A stretch of 64,000 nt of DNA. Origin: Camelus dromedarius. Taxonomy: Eukaryota. Under the pieces are notes generated by a model, which did not search any database, was not told the origin of the DNA, and saw only the letters and a program-made list of their open reading frames with translations. Numbering within the stretch: the stretch's first letter is position 1; each line of letters opens with the position of its first letter. A program made the translations under genes and the position numbers. Shown here one piece after another: positions 27,030 to 39,395 of this stretch. Location: NCBI RefSeq assembly GCF_036321535.1, contig NC_087436.1, positions 61,754,001 to 61,818,000 of the forward strand. Reading direction: 5' to 3'.

Positions 27030-27290
27030 ATTATGTTTTCTCACTGTTGACCAGAGGTGAAGAGAGCAAATGGAAACAGGAAAGGCCCCTTGAGTCCTAG
27101 TTTGAAACTAACACACTGTCAACCCTGCCTGTTCCTTACATTGGTGAAATCAAAGCACATGGCCATTTCCAAAATCAAGAGCCAAGAAAATATTCTCCAT
27201 CCACAGAATAAGAGCATTAAAAAAATTTTTTTTTAAAATATGGTAACAGAGAGAGGAGAAAGTTAAGACTAGAAACATAATTATCATCAA
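27030..27290 (-). mobile_element. Old MLT1 (MaLR) LTR fragment
   Basis: 'ggccccttgagtcctag...aactaacacactgtca...cattggtgaaatcaaagcacatggcca'. Confidence 0.55.
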
Positions 27291-27294
27291 TATT

Positions 27295-27388
27295 TTTTAT
27301 TCACTTTTCTATCCCATAGTCCTAGAACAGTGCCTGACACATAGTGGGTATTCATTAAATTTCTGTTAAATGAATGGATGAGTGAATC
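27295..27388 (+). mobile_element. LINE-2 3' end
   Basis: 'cctagaacagtgcctgacacatagtgggtattcattaaatttctgttaaatgaatggatgagtgaat'. Confidence 0.8.
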
Positions 27389-28009
27389 TTTGGCTAATTG
27401 GATAGATATTTTGCTTTCTGAGATTCTTAGATACAGAGACATGCAGGTGTATTTTGCATGTAAAACTTACAATGACTTAGAATCTTCCTAACATTGTCAT
27501 ATTGTCTTTATGTTTCTCAAACAAGTCTTGGTGGCATCTGCAAATTATATTAAATTTCACATGTTGTGCTTGTAGTTTGTACATGAGAATATAGTCATTT
27601 ATTGGAGATTTTTAAATGATTTTTTCAATTTCTTTCCTCAGAAAGTCTATGTATAATATGCTCCTTTTAGAAAATTATTTCAGTGTTAATAAGATGTCAA
27701 GTAGTAGAATCCTTACATTGATTTTTGTCTAAGAAAAGTTTTCTTACGTTTTTCTTGTTTTCCTTTCTTTTTCAAGTGTAAGAAATAATAGCACCATTTG
27801 AATTGCTGTGTCTTAAATATTCTCGGAATTGGATTTTGAGAGAAAACATATCAATCAATCCAATCAATGTATAGAAATACACTGATACCTCAAGGAGCTG
27901 ACAGAGATAAAAATGATACTGGCACCCATCAATTGAATTCTGAGGATGCATCAATGTTTAGGTTTTAAAATCAGAGAAGAGTGATGGGTAAAAACAACAA
28001 TTATGCTTT

Positions 28010-28401
28010 TGTTGCCGTGGGTGTGGATACCAGAGCATTAATTGGATCCTCCTTCTATTGGCTGAAGGTTCATGCATGCGACCCTTTTTGGGAGCGCTCT
28101 CTGTGGAAACTGCTGCCTCACCAAACGTTCTCTCTCCCTCTTTCCAGAGGAAGAGGGTCCTGCACCCAGTGACTGGTTTATATGGGTTACAAGTGCCTGG
28201 TCTCTTGACTTGGATTTGAGATGACTCTAAAGAGCCAGAGCTCCCTGTGAGACCCACTGGGGCCTCTTGAAATTGCATCCCAGTTCAACTTCACCTTTCT
28301 CTCAGTCTTGCTTCCTTCTCTTTTCAGGCATTGTTCTCCAGTAAATCTCCCGCACTCAAATCTGTATCATGGAGTTGGCTTCAGGGAACCTGAATAAGTC
28401 A
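28010..28401 (+). mobile_element. LTR16-family (ERVL) solo LTR
   Basis: 'ccagagctccctgtgaga...ttgcatcccagttcaacttcacc...cagtaaatctcccgcactcaaatct...gggaacctgaataagtca'. Confidence 0.75.
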
Positions 28402-30569
28402 CTACCTGTGAGAATTCATTCATCTCACTTGTAGACATGTGGACAACTCTATTCTCTCTCTTTCTTTTCTTGTCATGTCATATTCATAATACAAGTTAGT
28501 GTATATTCTCTGGAGAGTCACTTAATTGAAGAGTTTCTAGCCTGATGCAAGTGAGCTATAGATATTCACATAAAATAATATTCAGCTACAAATATTCAGC
28601 ACAAAAGAGAGCTTAAAAAATTGTTTCCAACTTCCTCACTGCATAGGGAGATTTTTCTCAACAATGGATGGTTATACACAAATGTAGAGAATTTGAGAGA
28701 AATGAAGCAATGATATATTAAAAACAAAATACATAAATATACATCTTGATCAACAGGCTTCTGTGAGGCTTAAAAATAGCAATGGCAAAAACAAATGCTG
28801 CAGGGAATTTGAATTATTGACTAAGATACCCAGAAAGAGATGATCAATTATGAATTGTGATAATAGTATTTCTAGCTTATGTTTTTCTTTAGTTGAATGT
28901 CTTATCAATAATTACTACATGTTTGCCACAAGAGTGAAAAAAAATAAATCAGCAGCTTTTCAGAAGAGAAAAAATTCTTTTGTTGGACATAAGTAATAAT
29001 AGCTATATAAATATGCTTCAATCTGAAACAGCTAAAGAATACAGAACATTGTTTTAAGGAATTAATGCACCTTCCAAAGTTCCAAAACTATCACTAAAAT
29101 GAATCTTTAATCTCATAGAATCTAGTTTAATATTAATAACCATTTTTTCTCCATATTAAAATATACATAACTTTTTAATGTTGCTTTGTAAACTTCTGGG
29201 GGAAAATCTATCACCCTTGTTAATTATCTTAAAATGAAACTGTAGCTTTATTTGGCATTTAAAAAAAGAATGCTTTATAGAGAGCAAAGAAATCAGGCTC
29301 TAATATAGTGACATTACATTTCACTGAGTATAAAATGTAATAGCTGTGATGAAACACATGGAAATTTCTAGTTATTTGCAGAAGTATGGCTTTTATGTGT
29401 ACACACATTTACATATATGCTACCTGGGCATAGTTTTGTGTGTGGTGGTGCAAACATGCATGTAGTTGTGTATGTGTGTGTGCTGTTGAACAATGAATAA
29501 CTATATGAGGGCAGCAGAAGGAAGATTTCACATATCCCAGTCTAGGATTAAATATTGATTTCCCTAGAAGGTAGTGAATTAGAGAATGAAAAGATATTAA
29601 AATGTAAGTACTGTCATCAAGCTATCAAATACATTTATTGAAGGTGTTTTTATGTGTGTTTTTATACAAAATACTTTCCTAAATAGGAAAAGAGATGGAT
29701 CCTACCCATGAGGAGTTTATATTCTAACAAAGTCATAAGCATCCTAATTTATACTATATTGATTCACTTAATGTTAGCAACATAAATTCTTGGGGACTCC
29801 TTAATCTAAGTTTTTCTCCCATAGCCACCAAGCAAATATTTGACCAGGGCACCTGCATTTTTAACTTTTATTTTCAGAGACTGTCACTATTCGTAGAAAA
29901 ACAAAGAAGAATGCCTTCTGCAAATTGGTTCTGGTCCCCTGACTGATCACATGCAACTACTAATAAAATGGATTGATTCTCTTTCTCTTTTTTTTCCTCC
30001 TTGACTTTAAGTTTTTTCTTCTCTCCCTCTGTCTCCATCCCCCACTGCAACCCTGCTTCTCTTTTTGAAATAATTCTTTCAATAGAAAATTTCCCCTAAC
30101 ATTTGCAGTCAGGGAGAACTTTTATAAATTATGCACTTAGTGAATGTAACAATAGAATGTTAATTACATAAACTATTGCAAATCTGAGCCTGCAATGCAC
30201 CAGTGCAGATGTCCTGGCCATATCTCTGCAGACATGACAGCTCTAACTCATCCTGAGGTCACCTTCCACCCCCACCTTCCTTGCTGTGGTACCACATTTG
30301 GGCACCAAAGTTACATCTAGATGACTCTTGCCACCCAAACCCTCCATGTTCTGTCCCCTTAGCATCCACCTGAAACATAATGCCCTTCAGTCATCCTGCA
30401 TTTTCTTTGTGCACATTTCCATACTATTCAGTCCTGTAAGTTCTGAATCCGTTTATTTATGATCCCAGCACCTACTTCCATGATAAACAGCCAGCCTTAC
30501 TAAATCTTCAGCCTCTTCATTGAACCATCTAGCTACTTCTGCCTTAATAAAGACTTGTTGCTACACTGA

Positions 30570-30570
<1 letters not shown>

Positions 30571-30630
<60 letters not shown>
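30571..30630. repeat. Perfect (ATT)20 microsatellite
   Basis: Directly visible; produces the poly-Ile in ORF 30520..30747. Confidence 0.98.
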
Positions 30631-30632
<2 letters not shown>

Positions 30633-31049
30633 GCATACAAGTATACTTTTATGTGACACCCAACAACATGTTCGAAAGCCTGAAAGTAAGGTCAGCATTC
30701 TTCTGCCTCTTCATTGCCATTTCCAAAGCAGTACTCTCTACCTCTGAGGGAAAAAGTCCTGCCTCTGAGATGAATACTGTGTGTCTGTGCCACCTCATCT
30801 TTTCTTATTGCAAACACTAGCCAATATCTTAGTCAGTTCTTTCTAGCTGATGAAGTCTTCACTGTTTTCTTTCTACTGTATAAGTCTGAGCATCAGCCAG
30901 GGTGATTTCAGTATCCATGTTGATAATGAATCCAATACCTTAGTTCTTTCTGTTCAATGATATCTTGGATTCAAATGAAATTTCATTTCTGTTCTACTTT
31001 AATCCCAACACATTTAGTCACTTTGTGACTCTGGTTATTATGATCATCA

Positions 31050-31699
31050 TATTGCCGGTAGATGCAACCGGTGTTCCAGGTTCTTGTCCTGTCCCGAAAG
31101 AATTCAGAGACGAGACATAGTCGTTAAAAAAGTAAAGTGAGGATTTATTAAAGGATGAATAATACACTGTCAAGGGAAGAGCGGGCAGGCTCAGGTGAGC
31201 GGCTGCCCTGTGTTTCTTTGGCAAGTTAGTTACATAGGGTGTAAAAATGAATGGGTGGAATATTCATTGGGGAGGGAAAGGTTTAGGGTCGTATTTCCTG
31301 ATTATCATCCCAACTGCACCTTCCCAAAGGGAGGAGGGATTTTTGTCCTTATTTTAGTCTGGATCAGAAGTGTCATGGCGTTGGTGCATGATGGGTACTT
31401 CTGATCTGCAAGGCTAATTTTATTAAAATAAGGGCATAATGAGCAAAATGTTACATTTGCACACTGGAAATTCCTGCCTTTTCTCACCTTTCTTTGTTGT
31501 CTCCAGGCCACCCAAAAAGGTGTGATCCCTTATCAGCCCAAAGGTTCCTGCTTTTCTTTCTCCGCCCAAGGACCCCTGCTGCTTACATGATGTGTGGTTT
31601 CCTGCATTTGACTTGTGTGCCTCCTTTCTGCTGAATTCCTGCCATTTGGTCTGTGTCTCCCTTTCTCTGCTCATACCTAGCTATCTGCCTGCTCTAACA
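31050..31699 (-). mobile_element. Young lineage-specific ERV1-type solo LTR (650 bp)
   Basis: Perfect 4-bp TSD atca (31046-31049 / 31700-31703); the minus strand starts TGTTAGAG and ends GGCAATA (CA>TA); AATAAA on the minus strand ~95 nt from its 3' end; many CpGs retained. Confidence 0.88.
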
Positions 31700-32399
31700 A
31701 TCAGAAACACCAAACCTCAGTATTTTAATTTCTGTTTATAGCCTTAATGTTTTCAGTGCTTTGATAGCCTCAATTTCAACTGTTTTTTAAAATCACATAG
31801 CCAATTCTATTTCCTTGATGTCACAGTTTTCTGTCAGTAGTTCACCGTTCTTTTGGCTGCTTTTGTTGCTCTAAGGTTGTATTTTATGATCTTTGATCAA
31901 TACCATCAAGTATGCTGCATTACTGCCTCTGTTCCATCCTCCTATCAAAATTCCAACCCTGAGTCCATGCCACTGACTTCTTGGGGCTAAGGAAGTTTCA
32001 ATAAAAAAGTCCACACTCAAGATTAATGCAGCCACAAAAATCATATTTCTCCAACCTCAGATGAAACCTCAACCTTGCACAATTATTTTACTTGTTCTTG
32101 GTTAATTGTTTCTGTTTTCCATAAGAATTGCACTAACCCTTCACTTGCCTACTGCCTTTCAGCAGATGACTTTACTTTCTACTTCCTACTTGAAAACAAA
32201 ACAATTAAATGCCAGTTATTTCATTCTCCTGCCCTAAACTCCCTGATATCAGAATGTTTCCGCACTCCCTTTCCTATAATCTCAAAGAAAGCGATGATAA
32301 ACAGCACTAGCTGTTACAGCACATAGCCCTGGCATACCTTAGCCCAGTAATCACAGCTCCACACTGATGTTTATTCCACATATAATTGCCAAATCTTCC

Positions 32400-33635
32400 T
32401 TGTTTGTTTGTTTTTTAATTCCCATGTGTTGTTTTCTCAACATCATGGTAGTTGGCTTAGAGACTGCTTTCACTGTTCGGAGACGTTACAAGGCCACCCT
32501 GTGTTTGTTCAGGGCCTTTAAACTTAGGATTTCCCTCTCTGGTTGCTCCTCAGAGGGCATGCACACAGTATTTGACCCCCAGGATTACTTTGGTTTTAGC
32601 CAGGCCCTCTTTGACAGGTTCTTTCCCTGGTCTTCCCATTTAGCTTCTGGTTGATCTGTCTTAATGGGTATCACATCCAGCCACTAGATTCAGTTAATTT
32701 CTAGTTGATTGATCTATTGTTTTCAACAATGCCCTACATTATATTTTGTAAAAGTCTGAACCAAATAAAATTATGCCCTTTGGCAGGAGCAAGGTGTTGC
32801 CAGTTACTCAGGTCTGCCCCACCCTTCACTGGTTGGATGTGGACGTGGGAGATGGATACAGCGTGATACAGGACCACTGTACTGCATTATAGAGCAAGAA
32901 CTGGGGAGACTGGAACTCAGCCTTCACCAGTTTCCCCACCTGCGCCTTCCCTATATGTGTGCTGGTGTGTGTTTGTGGTGGGGGCAGGATGGCAACAGAA
33001 ATGGGTGTGGCAGGCTGGCTGCTGCTACCACATACTGTAGATCTTCTGCAACCCAGAGTTGGGGAGCTGGCAATCTTGGCATCTGCCAGTATTCACTGGC
33101 TGTCACATCTACCCAGAATAGCTTTTCTACCCCAGGAAGCTGAGGAAATGGAATTTACATTTTGGCTCCTGAGTCCACTGCAGGAGTTCTCCCTTACACA
33201 GGGTTTTGAGGAAGTAGGAGACTATACGTTCTCTTCATCTGTTGCTGCACCCCTACTCTCTCTGTGTAGTGGGAGTTGGGACTGGAGGAATGGTCACGCT
33301 GCCTTGGGCCACCACCTGGTTGGTATAGGCCTTCTACAGCATGGAGCTCTGGGAATAGGGTCAGCTGATGTTCACTGGCCATTGAATCCACCCAGAATAG
33401 CTCTTCCACCTCAGGGACCTGAAGGAGATGGGAACTGCTGGGACAGTCTTCAGCAGCACAAAGCTGCAGGGTATGGATGTAGCCTTTAGCTCTAATGTCA
33501 TGACCTCCCACTCTTTTCCCTGGGCTTCAGAGATTATGTTGAAGAAATGTTTCTTGAATTATTCTAAGCCCTTTGATCAATCTCTAGAGAAGTTGAATGA
33601 TTGGCTCTGCTACTTTAGATCAGTTTAATAGACGT
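32400..33635 (-). mobile_element. Orphan 5' UTR of an old LINE-1 (L1M4-like) with internal ~70-bp repeats
   Basis: GC-rich island; right end 'aaatgtttcttgaattattctaagccctttgatcaatctctagaga' resembles reverse-strand old L1 5' starts; recurring 'cccagaatagct...gagctgggga'-like units. Confidence 0.6.
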
Positions 33636-34363
33636 CTCTTAGGGAGAGAAGTTTCCTCAAACTTCCCACACTGCCATTCTAGAAGTCACATCACTGAGCT
33701 CATTATATTTTATCCAAAAATCTGATTCTGTGTTATTCATGTCACTAAGTGAATCTGCTGTACACTCAGGTAGCCAAGCAATAAACTGTCTAAGTTTTCA
33801 TAGATTTCTCTGTTTCCTTCAGCACCATATCCAGTTAATGACTAATTCCTGCCAAATTTACCTCCCAGTTATGCCTCAAATCTTTCTGTACTTCCCCTCT
33901 CCCACTATTACCATTCTACTTAAGACTTTCATCTTCTCACTCCTGTGCTGTTAGAATGGTATCCTAAATAATCTCCATGCATTCATTCTTGGCCATCTTA
34001 AATCTATCCTCCCCACTCAATTCAGAATAACCTATATAGGATGTGAATCATTACAATCACCTGCTGAACACCTATTAACCACTTGCCTTTAGAATGAATT
34101 TCTAGCCCTGTCGTGGTTTTATGGCCCCATACGTTAAAGTCTCGTCTTTCAACTCCATCTTGCCTTTTAGTCCCTGGTAATGAAAAAAATGTCTGTATTC
34201 CATTTATATCATTTATTTCACATTTTCATTTCTTTATACAGATTGTTCCTTTGCCTGGAATACCTGTCTAACTTCTTCTCTCGTGATAATTTTTACTCCT
34301 TCTTTGAGACTCATTTCAGGCATTTTATTCCTCAGAGAGGCTTTTGGCTCCTCAGGTTGAGCT

Positions 34364-34794
34364 TGTGAAAGGTGAAATACAATGGAGTCACTTGTGTCAC
34401 GGGGTTTTAAAACAGAGGAGGCCATTAGGGAGGTGGGCTTTATGCATGTCTTCACTGAGTAGAACCATGAACTGTTGAACTGGGCCAAACTCCAAATATT
34501 CCAAGAACTCTGCAAGGACACCTGCAATTTGCTCTAGTAACAAACTTTTGCTTATTGATAGACTTAGCAACCAATCATGCTTAGCCAAGACTAGCTTTCT
34601 GTCACCAAAACCAATCAAAATGCTTTGTAAACAACTCATATAAGTTTTCCTTTTTGTGTTGAAAAATCCCTGAATTTTCCCTCAAATGGGACACTATTTG
34701 GGTTGCCACCCAAATCTGTGTACCCCAAATTACAATTCTTTGATCCCTAATAAATACTGATTTATCATTATCTCCTGAGAATTTTAGGTTGACA
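34364..34794 (+). mobile_element. ERV1-type solo LTR (MER34/MER39-like, 431 bp)
   Basis: Termini TGTGAAAGG ... AGGTTGACA; near-perfect 4-bp TSD agct/agtt; two CCAAT motifs; AATAAA at ~34749. Confidence 0.8.
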
Positions 34795-35739
34795 AGTTAA
34801 GTTTCCCCTTTCCTGTTCCCTTATCCCACAGTGAAAAACCTCTTCATACCACCAATTGAATTTTAGTGTCTGTGAAGTTCTTCCTGCCATATTCTAAGTT
34901 CTATGAGACAGGGGCTATATTTTCTTTCTCCAACTCCTCAATAGCTTCATATTTTTCCAAGAATAGATACTGAAATCCTTAAAATAATCTAGAAGGCTCT
35001 GAGTAATCCAATATGTGATCTCTTTTCTTGAGGCCTTTGCAGACACTGTTCTTGTGTTCAGAATGGCCTCTTGCACTCTCTCCTCAAACCCTGACACTCG
35101 CATTCCTTCTCCTTATTTAACTTGAACTCTTCCTCCTGCTCTCACTTGAAATACCATTTTATCCAGGAAAGCTTCCCTGATCCTAAAATTAGATTAACTC
35201 TCTGTTATACTCCCTAGATATCCCTTTTACTATTTCTTCATATTAGTTTATAATTATACATTTTTTTTGATTATTTGATTAATGCCTACATTTCTGCAGG
35301 GGAATTTAACTCTGCTGGCAAGGATTGTGTTTACTTTCCTTTTTCTTTTACCCGTTATGCTTTGCACAATGCCTGGCACTTGGAACACATTCAATAAATA
35401 AACAGGTTGACTAAGCTCATGAATGGCTAATTTACTTTTACAATGACACCAGTGCTCAGCTCCATGCTTTATGTATAACAGACTCTCAACTATACTTTTT
35501 GAACTGAAATTAATGTTGCAAAAGGCTGACATTTCATGAGATATTTAACAGTGAAAAATGAAACTATTAGGAAACAACAAAAACAAGTCATATTCATACT
35601 TCAGTTTTCAGCTTTCCACCAAATTATTTTTATTGGCAACAAGGCACATTTAATATATTCAGTATTTGGGGCCTGTCAATTAGATAGACTAGGCTTAGAT
35701 TTCAGCAAGTGGATGAAAATATCAGTCTGTTTTTCTCAG

Positions 35740-36030
35740 CAGGCACTCCTCTGTGAAGTCTTGTTGGAACCCTCCCATCCCTGACCTGTCTCATCCTGAG
35801 TAAATCAACTTTGCCCACAAGGATCCTCTGTATATGTAGAACTTGTCTTTTCTCATCTCTTTTGAGTAAATTAGATTGTTTATTTGCATGTCTGTCTTCC
35901 AGGCTGGAATATGGGCTCTTTGGGAAAGCAACTTTGTTGCTTTAATCTTTATATCCTCAGCATGTACCATGGTGTCTGGCACAAGTAGGATTTCTGTTAA
36001 TATTTGTTCAGTGAATAAATGAGTCAATTA
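35740..36030 (+). mobile_element. LINE-2 3' end
   Basis: 'tatcctcagcatgtaccatggtgtctggcacaagtagg...aatatttgttcagtgaataaatgagt'. Confidence 0.75.
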
Positions 36031-38563
36031 ATGAGTGTCTCAGAATCACTAAATGCTTTTCATAATGAAAATGATAATAAATGGCTTACCTTTGAATGAC
36101 TTCATCTGAAAAAAGCCTTTATTCTCACAATAAGTAAGCCAAACAATTAATATATTTGCTGAGTTTTCTTTCCACTTGACATATTTTATGCTTCTACTTT
36201 TAATCTATTTGTCATTTATTCATGCATCTACTTCAGTGTGCCATCTTTTCTTGTGCGAAACTTTTACTGATTTTGAATAAAACCCTAAGTCTAAAATTGA
36301 TCATCAATTTAGTACAACTAGGAGAGTGTGGTTCTAATTACATTATCAGAATAAAAGTAATTGTTCTTGAATTTCCATATGGTAACTTCCTTTGAAGTCT
36401 CCAAAATCCTTATATAAAGGGAAAAAGTCTCTTTTGTGTTTTAAATCTTGAAGCAATATTCTAGTTGCTCCCCACAAATTGTAATGATACAGTAAAATAT
36501 AATGGAAAATAACAACTATAAAACAATTATATAATATTTTCTATCAAAAATCTTGTTAGTACTCTAGAGACATTTCATCTATTTTATAATGTGTGTCAGC
36601 AACTGTGCAGAATTTTACCCTCAGGACAAGTTTTAGAGCATCCTCAAAGCCCCTGAAATCACCCACACAGAATGTATTTTTAACATTGACATCCTTTGGG
36701 GGAGGGTGGTCTTAGAATAAAAAATTTGCAATTCTGAATCCCAGTTCTCGTGATTAACTTTCATTACCCTTTCACTGGATAGGTACAAAGTTTCCAATAC
36801 AAATCCCAATTCTGAAACCTCTTTGATTTAACCAGCCTGTTTCATAATCCATTAACATAATGATTTGCTTTTATTCAAATTCTTTCTTCGTTAGGAAATT
36901 TGAGAATGCTGCCCTTAAATGAGATACTCAAAATATATTGACTGTTTTTGTCTTTATTGACTACATTTTAGTTAATTAATCAATTAATATAAAATCTCAG
37001 CTGGCCAACTCAATACAGTCTGGTAAGTGAGTGGGATTCATTAAGTAAGAAAGTCTGTCAGTTGGCAGGGATGGTAGCACACAAACTAGAAGATACTAAA
37101 AGTGCACTGACTGAATCCTACAAGCCCATTAGAGTAAAAAGCTTTTCCGGACTGAGGGGTTAACTCCCATTTCCTCTGGTATAAGCTTGTAAAGGGCAGT
37201 GTTTAAGATATATTAACAACGCTAGAGCACTGCATAATAAAAAGAAAAAAAAAACGCCAAAGTGAAAAGGGTAAAAATAACATGTCTCAGTAGTTACTTA
37301 CTTCTGTGTAACCACTCGTAGAGGCTGACTTGTAATTATAGAAGAAAAATGTAAGCAATCAAAACTAAAACAGAGCTTACTCATTTCCCCAGTAAGATTA
37401 GGTTTAATTCAAACAAAACAACAAACCAAAAGATTTAAAGAGAGAAGACCATAAAGAGGTTGGTTATGAAGCCATTTCCCCTGCTCTGCTGGTTCACATT
37501 TTCATCTGTAGGGACCTGTCACATCATGTCCTAATGTAATGACATCTTTGATAATAACATGGACAAGTGCAAGTAGAAACAGAGCAGCAGCCACAGCAGC
37601 AAACCGCCTGATTTACACAGCACTTTGCCACAGTGGAATTAACTCTGCGTGAGAATTTGTACTTCATCCAGGCCAAAAGCCACCACCAAAAGCAGCCTCA
37701 TTTGAACCTCTGTAGTGTACTTAATATGCTCTGGATTTCACTGACCATGTCAGAACAGAGGCTGAACACTACCCAATGTCAAAATGTGTTTTCCAGCCTA
37801 TGTCAGAGTCCTTTAGTGCAACACTTGTAATTTCTGAACAATTCCTATAAAACTTAGAGGTTGTTGACCTGAACCAAACTCCCTATGGCTAGCAATGTCA
37901 TTCTTGCTCTCATTTCACTTTCCAGGTTGATAAAAATCAATACTTTCTCTCATAGAATTCTGACTTTGTAAGCAGTGTTCAGGTTCACATGAAGTGTGTG
38001 GAGCAGACAGAGGGACAGGAGTTGTTATTTTATCTTCCAGAGCTATTTCCTGCATTCATCCAAGTAAAGGGGAATGCCAGAAACGTCGTAAGAAACAATC
38101 ATTTTGAAATTAATTAGTTTGGATTTTTTGATGCAGTTAGTATAATTTTTGAAAATAGTTCACTTTGCCACAAACATCTAGCTTCAATCAAACTTATGTC
38201 AAAATAAAATCTTAGAGCCTAATGTGCATTAACTCCCATTCTGTTTGATTTCAGTTATCACTGATTTGTTCTTAAAGTTTATAGCTAATGTGTGCTTGAA
38301 ATTAAAAACAAAAAAAGCTGAGAAGAACATAGAGCTATGACCTCCTGTTTGGTTTTTACCTTGAAAAATGAGGAGAAATGGGTTTGCAAGGGATTCTTTC
38401 CATTTCTTTCCTTTTGAAAGAAGCTCTTCATGGTGTGTAGCTTTCTTAAAATTAATATAACTAGACATTCTGAAAATGGTTGCATTTCCTATTGTCTGGG
38501 CTGGCAAAAGATAATTCAATCTTTTCTATGTGATACGTCCACTTTTATGCCATGCCTCTAAGC

Positions 38564-38776
38564 CAAGAGATGCAAACTTTTTCTGTAAAGAGCCAGAGAG
38601 TAAATAGGCTTTTTCAGCTCCTGTGTTCTCTGTTTCAGCTACTCAACTTCTGCCATGGTAGTGTAAAACCAGCCATGGGTAACATGTAAATGAGTGAGTG
38701 TATTTTAATAAAACTTTATTGACAGAATCAGGTACTGAGCCAGACTTGGCCCTTAGGCCAAGGTTGCCAACCCTTG
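38564..38776 (+). mobile_element. MER58A hAT-Charlie MITE, full length
   Basis: 'gcaaactttttctgtaaagagccagagagtaaata...ctactcaacttctgccatggtag...aataaaactttatt...gttgccaacccttg'. Confidence 0.88.
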
Positions 38777-38784
38777 CTTGAAGT

Positions 38785-38980
38785 TAATGATTCTTAAACT
38801 TTGGTTTATATTGGGATTATCTGTGAGCTTGGCTCAGACCTATATCGGGACTCACCACATATCTAGTGAATAGAATGGATACATTCTGGTATGATATACA
38901 TAATATAAATAAAAGCAGAATGTATGTATTTAATAAGCAGTTTAGGTGATTTTGATGTATCTCAAAGTATAAATCATTGT
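38785..38980. mobile_element. MER5-family MITE, degraded
   Basis: 'tgattcttaaacttt...ggattatctg' ... 'tttaataagcagtttaggtgattttgatgtatctcaaagt'. Confidence 0.5.
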
Positions 38981-39395
38981 TGTAGGGCATATAATTCCTG
39001 AGAATTTTATTCCATGCTTCCTGGATAAGGAACTTAATTGTCTTTATTTTCCCTGAGTCTTAGAAAAGATTCTTATGAATTTAGACCAGTCTGTTGCTTT
39101 GATACTTTTCAGAATCCTGGGGATTTTGAGTAATCAAAGTGGTGATACACAGTAGTGTGTCAGGATACCTACTGAACTGTCTTAGTGAATGTATTCATAT
39201 TAGTGATAGCTGAGAAACAACCTTGCTAAGTCTATAATCCTGCTGCCCAGACATTGTACAGCAGCTGGGCTTTGGAGGTCAGGGTATCTGAAATGAAAAA
39301 AAATTTAAATGTTTAAAATTTATTAAGCACTTATTTTGTTCCTAGAGCCATTTGAATCTTTAAATCTATTAGTCTATTTCATTCTTGTATCTATC

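Larger units (their letters stand above)
30740..35410 (+). mobile_element. Long ancient LINE-2 (or adjacent L2 pieces) from the endonuclease region to the 3' tail, interrupted by two LTRs and an L1 5' fragment
   Basis: 30901-30924 translates GDFSIHVD, similar to the APE-endonuclease GDFN motif; 'cagcagatgactttactttctacttc' (~32160); 3' parts 'ttgttcctttgcctggaatacc' and 'cacaatgcctggcacttggaacacattcaataaata'. Confidence 0.6.

Noticed and set aside
30520..30747. Poly-isoleucine ORF
   Set aside because: Translation of the (ATT)20 microsatellite
32959..33489. 176-aa ORF and overlapping ORFs
   Set aside because: They lie in a GC-rich L1 5' UTR-like repeat array, the longest has a non-ATG start, and none has a recognisable domain
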